From a virus (Duplodnaviria; Caudoviricetes): 64,000 nt of DNA. The stretch lies in the IMG/VR virus record IMGVR_UViG_2657245717_000001, positions 24,080 through 88,079 of that record, one strand, 5' to 3'. Made by a program: the position numbers and the translations under genes. Positions within the stretch are counted from its first letter, which is position 1; each line of letters starts with the position of its first letter. Positions 47,449 to 57,819 of the stretch are shown piece after piece. The notes below the pieces were generated by a model, which saw nothing but the letters and a program-made list of their open reading frames with translations, was not told the origin of the DNA and searched no databases.

Positions 47449-47778
47449 GTGAATCCCGATGTGACTGCTTGGCTTCTCTCCCAGCTCGGACCGGCCACCG
47501 ACCTTGCTGACCTTCAGGCCCGCTATGTGCGGCTGGGGTCGGGTCGGGCGGTTGCGGTTGAGGTGCTGCGGGAGCGGCTGGCTGTGCTGCTAGCGTCGCC
47601 GGGTTCGGTGGCCGTGTCCGGTGTCGTGTCCGTGTCGTTCTCGGAGAACATCAAGGCGTACGAACGGCAGATCGCGAGCCTTGAGGCCGGTGACCCGCCC
47701 GCCCCCGACGACCCCGACCCCGGTGTCGACCCGGACTCGTGGTCTGTGGTGCAGCTCGTAGAGCGGCCCCGCCGATGA
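47449..47778 (+). CDS. head-to-tail adaptor (putative)
   Basis: Synteny. Confidence 0.6.
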   Translation: MNPDVTAWLLSQLGPATDLADLQARYVRLGSGRAVAVEVLRERLAVLLASPGSVAVSGVVSVSFSENIKAYERQIASLEAGDPPAPDDPDPGVDPDSWSVVQLVERPRR

Positions 47779-48614
47779 GCACCCCCGTCCGCCGTGGCCG
47801 TGCCCGCAGCCTCCGCGCCCGACTCCTCGCCCTCATCACGGACGCGGTCGGTCGCCTGGCGGCGGCGTGGCGCATCCTGTCGACCGCCCAGACACGGCTC
47901 CTCGACGCGCTGGCCCGTATACGTCCCGGCGGCCGAGCGAGGTCGGCGACGCAGGAAGCGGTGCGGCTGTTCCAGCGGGCGCTGGCCTCCTTCGACCGCG
48001 CGGTCGCGGCGTTCGCGGAGCGGTGGGCGAGCACAGACCTACCGCTCGCGTACCGGGAGGGTGCCCTGTCGATGCTGGACATCGCGGACCGCCCGTACTC
48101 GGTGTGGTCGTGGACGGCGCGGCATCAGGCGCGGGTCACGGGCACGTCCGCGCAGTACTACGCGGACCTGATGGGCCGCCTCCAGGAGGCCCTGCGCAGG
48201 GCCCGCGCGTTCCTCCGTGCCGCGCAGGACGAGGCCCGACGCCCGGATGGCCGGTTCGACCCGCAGGCTCTCCGCCGCGAGCATCCGCTCGACACGGTGG
48301 TGTACGCGGACAACGCCCGGCACCCGGTCGAGTCGTGGGCACGCGCTGCCCTGTCGTGGCAGGCCGTCACTACCGCCAACACGGGGGCCGCGCAGACCGC
48401 CTTCGACCAGCTTGGCTGCACCCACGTGCAGGTCCGGGACGGCCGCGACTGCGGGTGGGCGTCACACCGGGACCCGGACCGCGCGCATGGCTCCCTCCGG
48501 ACTGTGGAGGACGCCCTCGCCCACCCCATCGCTCACCCGAACTGTGTCCGCGAGCTTCGCCCGTACTTCGCTCCCGGCACCCGGCCCCGACTCGCCCCAG
48601 GAGGAACCCCATGA
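47775..48614 (+). CDS. minor capsid / MuF-like head morphogenesis protein
   Basis: VRDGRDCGW..H...AHG...PIAHPNCVR. Confidence 0.7.
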   Translation: MSTPVRRGRARSLRARLLALITDAVGRLAAAWRILSTAQTRLLDALARIRPGGRARSATQEAVRLFQRALASFDRAVAAFAERWASTDLPLAYREGALSMLDIADRPYSVWSWTARHQARVTGTSAQYYADLMGRLQEALRRARAFLRAAQDEARRPDGRFDPQALRREHPLDTVVYADNARHPVESWARAALSWQAVTTANTGAAQTAFDQLGCTHVQVRDGRDCGWASHRDPDRAHGSLRTVEDALAHPIAHPNCVRELRPYFAPGTRPRLAPGGTP

Positions 48615-48967
48615 CGCCGCATTGGCCCGTCCCTAACGGACCCGAGTGGCGGATCGTTCAGGTCGTCAGCGATGACACCGCCAACACGATCAACGCCGAG
48701 CAGCGCCAGCGCCTAGTGAAATGGCTCTCCGCCAACGGTCTCGACCCGAAGCAGGTAGCGCTCAAGGCCATCACCGTGGAAACGGAGTGGCGCGGCGACA
48801 AGCCCGGCCGTTCACTCATCCACTTCTGGCAGCACCACACCGACCCGAGCGGCGCAAAGCTGATCAACGAGAGGACTCGGGGGCCTCTCCTGTTCGAGCG
48901 GTGGGTGCAGCAGCAGGTACCTCTGGCGCCTGAGCCGTCCCCTGGTGACGCCAAGGAGGGCACGTGA
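48611..48967 (+). CDS. hypothetical protein
   Basis: AGGAGG RBS; WLSANGLDP. Confidence 0.6.
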   Translation: MTPHWPVPNGPEWRIVQVVSDDTANTINAEQRQRLVKWLSANGLDPKQVALKAITVETEWRGDKPGRSLIHFWQHHTDPSGAKLINERTRGPLLFERWVQQQVPLAPEPSPGDAKEGT

Positions 48968-49347
48968 CCGCCTCCGGCATGAGCGAGCCGCTTCGTGAGG
49001 TCAGCATCACCACCGACGGCATCACCGCCAACCTCACCCTCAACGGCACCAACATCACCGACATGGTGAACGGCTACACCATCGAGCACCACGCCGGACA
49101 AGCCCCCATCGTCGCCCTCCACGCCACCGCCCACCGCGAAGGCGTCGCCTTCGAAGGGCTCGCCCGCGTCGTCCTCACCGACCACGACCAGGACCCCGCC
49201 GACACTATCGCCGCCTACCTCGGCAGCATCGACCCCGCCGCCCTCCAACGCGCTGCTCTCGACCGCGACGACCTCGGCGACGGCAAAACCGACACCACCC
49301 GCGCGATCCTCCGCCAGCTCATCGACTGGGCACAGGGGAGCACCTGA
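48964..49347 (+). CDS. hypothetical protein
   Basis: Coupled ORF. Confidence 0.6.
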   Translation: MTASGMSEPLREVSITTDGITANLTLNGTNITDMVNGYTIEHHAGQAPIVALHATAHREGVAFEGLARVVLTDHDQDPADTIAAYLGSIDPAALQRAALDRDDLGDGKTDTTRAILRQLIDWAQGST

Positions 49348-49793
49348 TGGCCGGACTCGACCAAGCCCTCGCCGGAGTCGTCACCTGGATCGGCACCACC
49401 CTGCTGATCGACACCGTCGGCGTCACCGTGCCCGCCAGCGGCCCGCCCGTCCTCGACCCGACCACCGGCCACCTCATCTACCCCGACGACCTCCTCGTCT
49501 ACGAGGGGCCCGGTGCGGTCATCCCCGCCGGGGCAGCCGTAGAACGGTCGATGGTGCCCGACACGACCCTGCCGTGGGCAGCGCAGACCAAGTCGGCGTA
49601 CATGCTGCTGACACCGCTCACCGCGCCTGTCCCGCCGGAGGGCGCCGTCGTCACCGTCACCGCCGTCCACAACCCGGCCCGCACCGCGCTCCTCGGCCGA
49701 TCCTGGACGTGCGCAGACCCCGGCCAAGCCTCCACCGTCGAAGTCGTCCGCCGCACACCGCTGGACCAGAACCGGATACCGGAGGCAGCGTGA
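49347..49793 (+). CDS. head closure protein (DUF6093-like)
   Basis: LDPTTG...VYEGPG; synteny. Confidence 0.65.
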   Translation: MAGLDQALAGVVTWIGTTLLIDTVGVTVPASGPPVLDPTTGHLIYPDDLLVYEGPGAVIPAGAAVERSMVPDTTLPWAAQTKSAYMLLTPLTAPVPPEGAVVTVTAVHNPARTALLGRSWTCADPGQASTVEVVRRTPLDQNRIPEAA

Positions 49794-50176
49794 CCCCCGA
49801 CCAGCTCGCCGACCGCCTCGAAGCCGCCGCCGCCCGCGTCGGGCCCGCCGTCGAGCGGCACGTGAACCACGCGGCGACGCTCGGCGCTGCCCGCATCCGC
49901 GCCAACGCGTCCGGCCGGCCGGGACCCAACGTCATCACGGGCGCGTACAGGGCGTCGTGGCGGACGACGAGCCGCAGCATCCCGCACGGCGCCACCTGCA
50001 CCATCGGCACCCACGCCCCGCAGGGCAGACGCCTGGAGTTCGGATTCGTCGGCCCAGACAGCCTCGGCCGCGTCTACAACCAGCCGCCGTTCCCGCACGT
50101 CGGCCCCGCCATCCCCGCCATCGAAGCGGCCCTCCACGCGGGCATGGGTGACGTTGTCCGGGAGGTGCTGTCTTGA
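49790..50176 (+). CDS. HK97 gp10-like tail completion protein
   Basis: TGAYRASW...RLEFGF...PFPHVGPA. Confidence 0.8.
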   Translation: MTPDQLADRLEAAAARVGPAVERHVNHAATLGAARIRANASGRPGPNVITGAYRASWRTTSRSIPHGATCTIGTHAPQGRRLEFGFVGPDSLGRVYNQPPFPHVGPAIPAIEAALHAGMGDVVREVLS

Positions 50177-50619
50177 TCGCCCGACTGCCCGTCACCATGG
50201 CCATGTCCGCGCTCCTCACCTCCGCCAGCGGCCTGCCCGTCGGGCGCGGCCAGCAGCCCGGCAAGCCACCGCCGTACTACCTGCTGTACAGCCTCGACAC
50301 CCAGCTCGGTGGGCCACCATTCGCCGACATGAACGACGACGTGACGTTCGTGTACCAGGTGACATGCGTGTCCGGCCCCGACCCGGCCCGACCCAACTCC
50401 GCCGGGTCCGCCGACCAAGGCGAGTGGATGGCCGACAAGGCTCGCGAAGCGTTCCTCGGCCGCGACCCTGCGACCGGCCTGTGGCTGTACCCGATCGTCG
50501 TGCCTGGCGCCAAAGTCACCGACCGGCGCCTCGACGTCGAAGCAGGGGCAACAAGTGATCCAGGAGATGCCATCATGAGCTATGTGCTGAGGCCCGCGAT
50601 CTCGCTGACCTCCACCTGA
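50173..50619 (+). CDS. tail terminator (putative)
   Basis: PPYYLLY...YQVTCV; synteny. Confidence 0.65.
   Translation: MIARLPVTMAMSALLTSASGLPVGRGQQPGKPPPYYLLYSLDTQLGGPPFADMNDDVTFVYQVTCVSGPDPARPNSAGSADQGEWMADKAREAFLGRDPATGLWLYPIVVPGAKVTDRRLDVEAGATSDPGDAIMSYVLRPAISLTST
50547..50576 (+). promoter_or_regulatory. late promoter GGCAAC-N18-CATCAT upstream of major tail gene
   Basis: Motif match inside the 3' end of the preceding CDS. Confidence 0.55.
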
Positions 50620-50721
50620 CCCCCACGGGGGTTTGCACGAGCCGTACCGCGACGGACCCACGCGGACGCCACCCCGTTGGTGGCCGCCACCAAAATGCCA
50701 CCGCATTCAGGGGTCCCCGCC

Positions 50722-51198
50722 ATGCCGCGCTTTTCCCGCAAGGGCATCACGAAGATCTTCTTCGCTGAGACCATCGCCGCCACCTCGTACATCCCCACCC
50801 GTACCGAGCTGACCGGCGCCACCAACATCACCAAGCAGATCTCCGCCGTCGAAGGCTTCGCCCTGGAGAACCAGGAGATCGAGACGCCCGACATGGAGTC
50901 GACGTTCGACTCCAAGATCCCCGGCTCCGACACTGCCGCCGACTCCTCCATCACGTTCTACGAGGACGACACGAACAGCGAGCTGGAGGAGACCCTCGCC
51001 AAGGGCACCAACGGCTTCATCGTCATCCTCCGCAAGGGCGACGTGCCCGCCTCCAACTCGATGGACGTGTACCCGGTCCGGGTCGCCTCCCAGTCCGCCG
51101 CGATCACCGTGGACAACGAGGCCGCCAAGTGGACCGTGCGGTTCTCCATCACCGACACGCCGGCGCTCAACGCGCCCGTGCCCGCGACCACGCCCTGA
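50722..51198 (+). CDS. major tail tube protein
   Basis: PTRTEL...IETPD....DSKIPG...DVYPV; synteny. Confidence 0.85.
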   Translation: MPRFSRKGITKIFFAETIAATSYIPTRTELTGATNITKQISAVEGFALENQEIETPDMESTFDSKIPGSDTAADSSITFYEDDTNSELEETLAKGTNGFIVILRKGDVPASNSMDVYPVRVASQSAAITVDNEAAKWTVRFSITDTPALNAPVPATTP

Positions 51199-51304
51199 CC
51201 CCGAGCCCTCTCAGCTCCCGGCCGGGCCCGCACCGTGTGTTCGGGAAGGGGCGCCCGTGCGGCGCCCGGCCGGGGTTCCCTTCCCCTGATGGAGGACCAC
51301 CCGC

Positions 51305-51850
51305 ATGACCACCACACCACCCGCCGCGAAGGTCACCGCCGACGCGCACTGGGCCGCCACCCGCGAACGCCTCGCCAACCGCAGTCGGCCCACCGCAACC
51401 CTCACCATCTGCGACGACCCCGGCCTCAAGCAGGCTCTGGCTGACGCCGAGTACCACGCCAAGCGCACCGCCGCCGAGGCTGACGAGCAGGCCGACGACA
51501 AGGTCGCCAAGACCCGCGCCGCCACCGCCAAGCGCGACCTCACCAAGGCCAAGCAGGCGTTCGAGGACGCCGCGATCCGGCTGCGCTTCCAGGCTCTGCC
51601 CCGGCCCGACTTCGAAGCCCTCAAGAAGGCGCACCCGCCGACCGAGGAGCAGGCCGAAGACGGCGCTGCCTTCGACAGCGAATCCCTCGCGCCCGCCCTC
51701 ATCGCCGCCTCCAGCCTCGACGGCATGACCGAAGACGACGCCCGCGAATACCTCGCCACCTGGGGCGAAGGCGAAGCCGTCGCCCTGTGGGCCACCGCCT
51801 GGAACATCCAGTCCCACACCCGCCTGGACACCGAACTGGGAAAAGGCTGA
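51305..51850 (+). CDS. tail assembly chaperone (G)
   Basis: Between major tail and tape measure; ends at slippery site. Confidence 0.85.
   Translation: MTTTPPAAKVTADAHWAATRERLANRSRPTATLTICDDPGLKQALADAEYHAKRTAAEADEQADDKVAKTRAATAKRDLTKAKQAFEDAAIRLRFQALPRPDFEALKKAHPPTEEQAEDGAAFDSESLAPALIAASSLDGMTEDDAREYLATWGEGEAVALWATAWNIQSHTRLDTELGKG
51838..51844 (+). other. programmed -1 frameshift site GGGAAAA
   Basis: The -1 frame continues GKRLITDERLRAELELC to 52233. Confidence 0.85.
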
Positions 51851-52233
51851 TCACCGATGAGCGGCTACGGGCCGAGCTGGAGCTGTGCGACCGGTGGGGC
51901 ATCCCCCACTCCCAGTTCCTCGGCGCCGCCGGTAAGTGGACGCCACGCGACCGGCAGAAAGCCCTCGCCTACCAGGCATACGCGCGGTCGGTCTGTACCC
52001 AGTGCGGCACACGGCACGACGACTGGGACCACGGCGGCCCCGACGAAGAGGACGCGTACGTGGCGGTCGGGCAGCGGTGCGTGGGATGCCAGGTCATCGC
52101 CGACAAGCAAGCCGACCTCGCAAAGGCGCTCAGCGAGGACGAGATGCGCGGCATGAAAGTGGCCCTCATCCCCGTCGCCGTCCAGGCCGCCGCCGAAGCC
52201 GCCCGGGAAGCCAACCGCAACACCCGAGACTAA
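51844..52233 (+). CDS. tail assembly chaperone GT extension
   Basis: GIPHSQFLG...WTPRDRQKALA...CTQCGT...CVGC. Confidence 0.75.
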   Translation, partial: RLITDERLRAELELCDRWGIPHSQFLGAAGKWTPRDRQKALAYQAYARSVCTQCGTRHDDWDHGGPDEEDAYVAVGQRCVGCQVIADKQADLAKALSEDEMRGMKVALIPVAVQAAAEAAREANRNTRD

Positions 52234-52245
52234 GGAGGGAAGGGC

Positions 52246-55200
52246 ATGGCCCAGTGGAACCTGTCCGTGGACCTCCGCGGCCAAGGCACCAGCTTGGCGC
52301 GGAGCCTCCAGCAGTCCGCCCGCCATGCCCGCACCCTCGCCAGCGCCGTCCGCGCCGCAGACCAGCAGACCGCCGCCCTCGGCCGCACCAGCCGCAACAC
52401 CAGCAGCAACCTCGCTGCCCTACGTCGGCAAGCCACCGGTGTCTCCCGAGACCTTCGGCAGATCGCCCGCGCCGCAGCGGAAGCCCGGCGGGCCCTCGAT
52501 CAGGTCGACCGGCGCCTCCAGGTCCGCATCGACGGCGACAGTCGCAACGTCGTCGCTGCGGCCGCGGCCGCCAACCGGGCGCTCCGAAGCATCGACCGGC
52601 ACGTGCAGGTCCGTATCTCAGCCGACAGTCGCAGCGTCGCCACCGCCGCCTCCAGCCTCAACCGGTCCCTCGGCGGGATCAACCGCAGCATGCAGGTGCG
52701 GATCGGCGCCGACGCTCGGAACGCTGTCACCGCGGCCACCGCCGCTCGCCGCGCCCTCGACCGGATCGACCGCCACATCCAGGTCCGCGTCGACGCCGAC
52801 ACCCGTGGCGCGACCACCGCGGCCGCGGACCTTCGGCGGACCCTCGCCGGCATCGACCGCAACGTCCGCGTGCAGGTCCGGGTCGACACCGACGCCTCTG
52901 CCGCCGCCGCAGCAGCAGCACTCCGCACAGTGCGGGCCGCAGCCACCGACACCAGCAACGCCCTGCGCATCCTGGAACGCCGAGCCAGCAACGCCGCTGA
53001 CGGTCTCGATGACATCATCCGATCCGCCCTCGCGGCCGCCGGCGCGCTTCGAACCCTCGACGGTGTCACGGACACCACCAGCACCCGCCTGCACGGCCTG
53101 GCCGCCCAGACCCGCAACCTGCGTACCGACCTGGACAGCCTCGACGGGACTGTCGGCCGCGTCCACACCCGGCTTGGGAGTCTCGGCGGTCAGCTTCGTA
53201 CCGCTGGTGACGGGGCGAGCGACGCCAGTGGTGAGACCAGCAACCTGATCCAGGCGGTCGTGGCGCTGGGTACCGCGATCATCCCGGTGGCCGCGTCGCT
53301 GGCGCCGATCGCCGCTGGTCTGGGTGCGGCGGGCGCGGCTGCTGCGGCGTACGGGCTGGCGATCGGTGGTCAGATCGTGCAGATGTCGGAGGCGGCGGAG
53401 GCGCAGCAGAAGTACGACGACGCCGTGTCGCAGCACGGTCGCCATTCGGAGGAGGCGGCGAAGGCTGAGGGGGAGTGGCTGCGGCAGGTGAAGTCGATGC
53501 CGCCGGCGACTCGGCAGGCGGCTGCGGCGCTGTCTGTGCTGAAGGACGAGTACGGCGACTGGTCGGACATGTTGGCGGCGGACACGATGCCGTCGGTCAC
53601 CAAGGGGCTCCAGCTCGCGACGATGGCTTTGCCGAAGTTCACGCCGATGGTGCGGGGCGCCTCGCGGGAGCTGGACCGGTTCCTCAACGTCGCCGCCGGG
53701 GGGATGGCGACGCCTGGCTTCGACCGGTTCATGTCCCGGTTCGCCGAGTTCTCCACGGCCACGTTGGCGAGGGCGACGAGTGGCCTGGTGCGGCTCACGC
53801 AGGCCATGGACACCGGAAACATGGGCTCCGGGCTGAAGGAGTTCATGGACTGGGCTCGGTCGGTGGGTCCGATCGTGGGGGAGACGTTCAGCAACCTGAC
53901 CGAGGCGCTGTTCAACCTGCTGGAGGCTGCCAGCGACATGGGTGTCGGTGTCCTCACCGCCGTTAACGCCCTCGCGCAGCTCGTCAACGCAGTCCCGCCC
54001 GAAGCCCTTAGCGTCTTCATCCAGCTCTACGCCGCGTTCAAGCTCGTGGCCGTCGGCATCGCCGCTGTCGGCGCGGTCGCGGGCGGTAGCGCTGCCGCCG
54101 GGCTCGCCGCGTTCATCCGCTCTGCGCGGTTTGGTGGGCTCGGTGCGGCGATCGGCGGCGTCACGCAGCGCATGAGCGCCATGTCGAAGGTCGCGGGCAG
54201 CCTCGGCGTGATCGGTGCGGCGGCGATCGGTATCGACATGCTCGCGGAGAAGGCTCGTGGGGCGCCGCCGGACGTGGACCGGCTCACGTCCAGCCTGAAG
54301 GAGCTGGCGGCCACCGGCGGGCTCAAGTTCTCGGGCGAGCTGGCGAAGACGTTCGGCAGCATGGACGAGTTCGTTGCGAAGGCCGCGCGCCTGGAGAGCC
54401 AAACCGCCGACCTGGAGAAGGCCAAGGACTGGGCCAGTCTCATCGGCCTTGGCACCGTCGCAGATGTCGCCGGGCGCAAGCTCGAAGACCTCGTCAACGG
54501 CGCGGACAGCCTCACAGCGCTGGAGGAGGACTTCAAGAGCTTCGATAAGGCGTTCGCGCAGATGGCGACCAGCGGCTACGCGGACCAGGCCGCGAAGAGC
54601 TTCGAGAAGTTCGAGCACGCGCTGCGGGAGTCCGGGAAGTCGTCGGCGGACATCGCGAAAATGTTCCCCGAGTACAAGGCGGCCGTCGCCGGTCTGAAGG
54701 CCGAGCAGGAGCTGGCCGCGCAGGGCATGGGCTTGTTCGGGGCGGCGTCCCAGTCGGTGCAGTCCAAGCTGGACGCGCAGAAGGCGAGCGCGGACGGACT
54801 ACGGCAGTCCCTCGTCGCTCTCAACGACGTGAACCGGGCGAGCCTCGGCGGCATGAACGCCTTCGAAGCGGCGATCGATGCTGCCGCGAAGGTCGCTTCG
54901 AAGCACAAGGGCGCCCTCAAGATGGTGAACGGCGAACTCGACTTGAACAGCGAGGCCGCCCGGAACGCCGACACGGCGCTGCGTGACCTCGCCGCCAAGA
55001 CCGACGAGGCCGCCACGGCGGCCAGGCAAGCGGAGAAGCCGTGGGAGTACGTCAACGGCATCTACGAGCGCGGGCGCAAAGCGATCGTCGACTACGCGGG
55101 CGACATGGGACTGGGAGCTAAGGCGGCCAACCAACTCGCCAACCAGATCCTCCAGATCCCGGAGCAGAAGGTCTCCACGATCGAGATGCGGCGTGAGGAC

Positions 55201-56925
55201 GCCATCGCCGGGCTCGACCAGGTCATCAAGAAGATGCAGGCGACGCCCGGGGCGAAGAGCATCAAGGTCAACGCGCTGACCGCCGACGCGCGAGCCTTGC
55301 TCGAATCCCTCGGCTACCGCGTCAAGACGCTGCCCGACGGTCGGGTGCAGGTCACCGCGCTCACCGGCTCCGCGCTCGGCGGGCTCCGCGCAGTCAAGGC
55401 CGCCCGCGACTCCCTGTCCGACAAGACCATCACCATCACCACCAACTACAGGGTCATCGGCCAGCAGGCCCGCCGGTCCGGGTCGCACGGCACACAGCTC
55501 GGCTACGCGGACGGCGGTGTCGTCGACTACTACGCCGACGGTGGACTGCGCGGCCCCAGCAGGCAGCGCGGCGGCGTCCGCCACTTCGCGGAAGGCTCCG
55601 AGAATCACGTCGCGCAGATCGCCCCGGCCGGGTCGTGGCGGGTGTGGGGCGAGCCCGAAACCGGCGGCGAGGGCTATGTGCCGTTCGCCCCGTCGAAGCG
55701 CCCCCGGTCCCGTGCGATCACGGAGGAAATCGTGCGGCGCCTCGGCGGTGACCCGCGCGCCATCCAGTGGAACGCGAACGGGTCGGTGACCGACTGGACG
55801 TACGACCCGAAGTCCGGGTCGCTGTACTCGGCGTCCGACGCCGGACGCGCCGGACACAAGACCAGGAAGGTCAAGGTCAAGGGCAAGAACGGCAAGGTCA
55901 CAATCAAGGAGATCGAGTATTTCGATCTTGGTGCCGTCGAGAAGAAGCTGAAGTCGTCCGCGAAGGCGACCCTGGCGTTCAACAAGAACCTGGAGAAGGT
56001 CACCGACCGCGCCGGAGCCGACGTGGCTGCGGCCCTGTCCTCCATGGGCGAGGACGGCGTGAAGCTCGCCGCGAAGATGGCCAAGGGCTCGAAGAAGTAC
56101 GTCGACCAGATGTCCAAGGCGCTCCTGGACCTCCAGAAGACCGCCAAGGCGTCCCTCACGGACTACACCCGCGCCCTCAACGCCGACACCAAGCTCGACG
56201 CCGCCTTCGCCAAGAACCTGGCGGTCCTTGCCGGCCGCGGCCACGGCGACCTCGCCGCGCAGCTAGCCGCGCAGAACGACACGGCCGCACAGCAGCTCGC
56301 CGCCGCCGCAGTCAAGGACAACAAGAAGGCGTCCTCGGCGAACAGCGCCGCGAAGAAAGCCAACGCAGCGCTCACGTCCGAGCAGGTCGAGCAGCTCGTC
56401 GCCATCATCGCCGCCATCAAGACCAGCAAGACCGGCATCCACGACGTTGCCGACGCCACCGGCCTCGGCGAGGACGTCATCATCGACATCGGCCGCAAGG
56501 CGAAGGGTCAGATTGTCGCCGCCCTCGGCTCCCGGTCGGCCCGCTTCACCGCCGACCTCGCCAAGGCTGTCGCCGGCAAGGCGTACGCCAACGGAGGCAT
56601 CCGTGAAGGCATCTACTCCACCGCCGGCGGAGCCGTCACATTCGCGGAGCCCTCCACCGGCGGAGAGGCGTACATCCCGCTCGGCGCCGCCAAGCGCGAC
56701 AAGGCCCTCCCCGTCCTCGCCGACGTCATGAGCAGGTTCGGCGTCGGCCGGACCGCCGCGCAGGACGCCCGCGTCGTCATCATCCGCGAGCAGGGCCCCC
56801 TCGTCGGCGCCCAGAACTGGAACATCACCGGCGGCGGCAATGCCGAGGACACCGCCCGGCAGATCGCGTCCAGGCATGCGTTCCAGTTGCGCCGCCTGGC
56901 GCGAGGAGGGGCGGCAGCCCGATGA
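52246..56925 (+). CDS. tape measure protein
   Basis: 1559 aa, Ala-rich helical, YADGG and EPETGGEGY motifs. Confidence 0.93.
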   Translation: MAQWNLSVDLRGQGTSLARSLQQSARHARTLASAVRAADQQTAALGRTSRNTSSNLAALRRQATGVSRDLRQIARAAAEARRALDQVDRRLQVRIDGDSRNVVAAAAAANRALRSIDRHVQVRISADSRSVATAASSLNRSLGGINRSMQVRIGADARNAVTAATAARRALDRIDRHIQVRVDADTRGATTAAADLRRTLAGIDRNVRVQVRVDTDASAAAAAAALRTVRAAATDTSNALRILERRASNAADGLDDIIRSALAAAGALRTLDGVTDTTSTRLHGLAAQTRNLRTDLDSLDGTVGRVHTRLGSLGGQLRTAGDGASDASGETSNLIQAVVALGTAIIPVAASLAPIAAGLGAAGAAAAAYGLAIGGQIVQMSEAAEAQQKYDDAVSQHGRHSEEAAKAEGEWLRQVKSMPPATRQAAAALSVLKDEYGDWSDMLAADTMPSVTKGLQLATMALPKFTPMVRGASRELDRFLNVAAGGMATPGFDRFMSRFAEFSTATLARATSGLVRLTQAMDTGNMGSGLKEFMDWARSVGPIVGETFSNLTEALFNLLEAASDMGVGVLTAVNALAQLVNAVPPEALSVFIQLYAAFKLVAVGIAAVGAVAGGSAAAGLAAFIRSARFGGLGAAIGGVTQRMSAMSKVAGSLGVIGAAAIGIDMLAEKARGAPPDVDRLTSSLKELAATGGLKFSGELAKTFGSMDEFVAKAARLESQTADLEKAKDWASLIGLGTVADVAGRKLEDLVNGADSLTALEEDFKSFDKAFAQMATSGYADQAAKSFEKFEHALRESGKSSADIAKMFPEYKAAVAGLKAEQELAAQGMGLFGAASQSVQSKLDAQKASADGLRQSLVALNDVNRASLGGMNAFEAAIDAAAKVASKHKGALKMVNGELDLNSEAARNADTALRDLAAKTDEAATAARQAEKPWEYVNGIYERGRKAIVDYAGDMGLGAKAANQLANQILQIPEQKVSTIEMRREDAIAGLDQVIKKMQATPGAKSIKVNALTADARALLESLGYRVKTLPDGRVQVTALTGSALGGLRAVKAARDSLSDKTITITTNYRVIGQQARRSGSHGTQLGYADGGVVDYYADGGLRGPSRQRGGVRHFAEGSENHVAQIAPAGSWRVWGEPETGGEGYVPFAPSKRPRSRAITEEIVRRLGGDPRAIQWNANGSVTDWTYDPKSGSLYSASDAGRAGHKTRKVKVKGKNGKVTIKEIEYFDLGAVEKKLKSSAKATLAFNKNLEKVTDRAGADVAAALSSMGEDGVKLAAKMAKGSKKYVDQMSKALLDLQKTAKASLTDYTRALNADTKLDAAFAKNLAVLAGRGHGDLAAQLAAQNDTAAQQLAAAAVKDNKKASSANSAAKKANAALTSEQVEQLVAIIAAIKTSKTGIHDVADATGLGEDVIIDIGRKAKGQIVAALGSRSARFTADLAKAVAGKAYANGGIREGIYSTAGGAVTFAEPSTGGEAYIPLGAAKRDKALPVLADVMSRFGVGRTAAQDARVVIIREQGPLVGAQNWNITGGGNAEDTARQIASRHAFQLRRLARGGAAAR

Positions 56926-57818
56926 CCACACCCACCCCGCTCACCGTCGGCCAGCACCAGCTCGGCTCCGTCCTCATCGGCCGCGGCACCCCCGTCGTCA
57001 TCGCCGACATCGGCGGTCTCGGCAGGCCGGACTCCCGCACCTACGACGTGGAGCCGCCAGGCGAGGACGGGCTGTGGCTCGGCCCCGACCTGTACGGCGG
57101 GCGCCTCATCACCCTCGACGCCGCCATCAAGACCCCCGGCGACCGCGAGGCCGCCCTCGACGTGCTGGCCGCGCTTCAGGCTGAGGCGGACACGCGAGCG
57201 GTACGCGGGCAGGCCGGCACGACGATGACGCTACGCATGGCGTTCGACGGCCGCCCGGTGCGCGTGGCCCGCGGCCGGGTGCGGCGCCTGGACGCGGACC
57301 TATCGCAGGCCATCCACGGATGGATTCCGCTGGAGGTCGAGTTCCAGGCCGAGGATCACCTCTGGTACGCGGACGAGCCCGACACGACCGGCATGCCGCT
57401 CGGCTCGATCACCGCGGGCGGGATGACGTTCCCGCTGGTGTTCCCCTTCGTCATCGCCGGTGATCCCGCCGCGGTTGGCCGGCCGGGTTACATCCAGGTG
57501 GCGGGGACGGCGGAGACGTGGCCGGTGATTCGGATCAACGGTCCGTGTGCGAACCCAACGGTCCGTCACGTCACCACCGGGCGTGCTCTCACGGTGCAGG
57601 CAACGATCCCCGCAGGCGACTGGGTGGAAATCGACACCCGGCCCGGCTGGCGAACCGTCCTCCGCTCCAACGGCGGCTCCGCCCCTCTCAGCCCCACATC
57701 CCGCATCGACCAGTTCATCCTCACCCCCGGGTTGAACGAGATCCGCTGGTCAGCGACCGACAACACCCTCACGTCAAGCCTGGCCGTCACGTGGTGGCCC
57801 GCATGGAAGGCACTCTGA
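56922..57818 (+). CDS. distal tail protein
   Basis: Follows tape measure; FPLVFP, TWPVIRINGPCANP, IDTRPG, PGLNEIRW. Confidence 0.8.
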   Translation: MTTPTPLTVGQHQLGSVLIGRGTPVVIADIGGLGRPDSRTYDVEPPGEDGLWLGPDLYGGRLITLDAAIKTPGDREAALDVLAALQAEADTRAVRGQAGTTMTLRMAFDGRPVRVARGRVRRLDADLSQAIHGWIPLEVEFQAEDHLWYADEPDTTGMPLGSITAGGMTFPLVFPFVIAGDPAAVGRPGYIQVAGTAETWPVIRINGPCANPTVRHVTTGRALTVQATIPAGDWVEIDTRPGWRTVLRSNGGSAPLSPTSRIDQFILTPGLNEIRWSATDNTLTSSLAVTWWPAWKAL

Positions 57819-57819
57819 G

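Noticed and set aside
51838-51844. Tail chaperone frameshift as a novelty
   Set aside because: Well-known siphovirus feature; listed as a feature only
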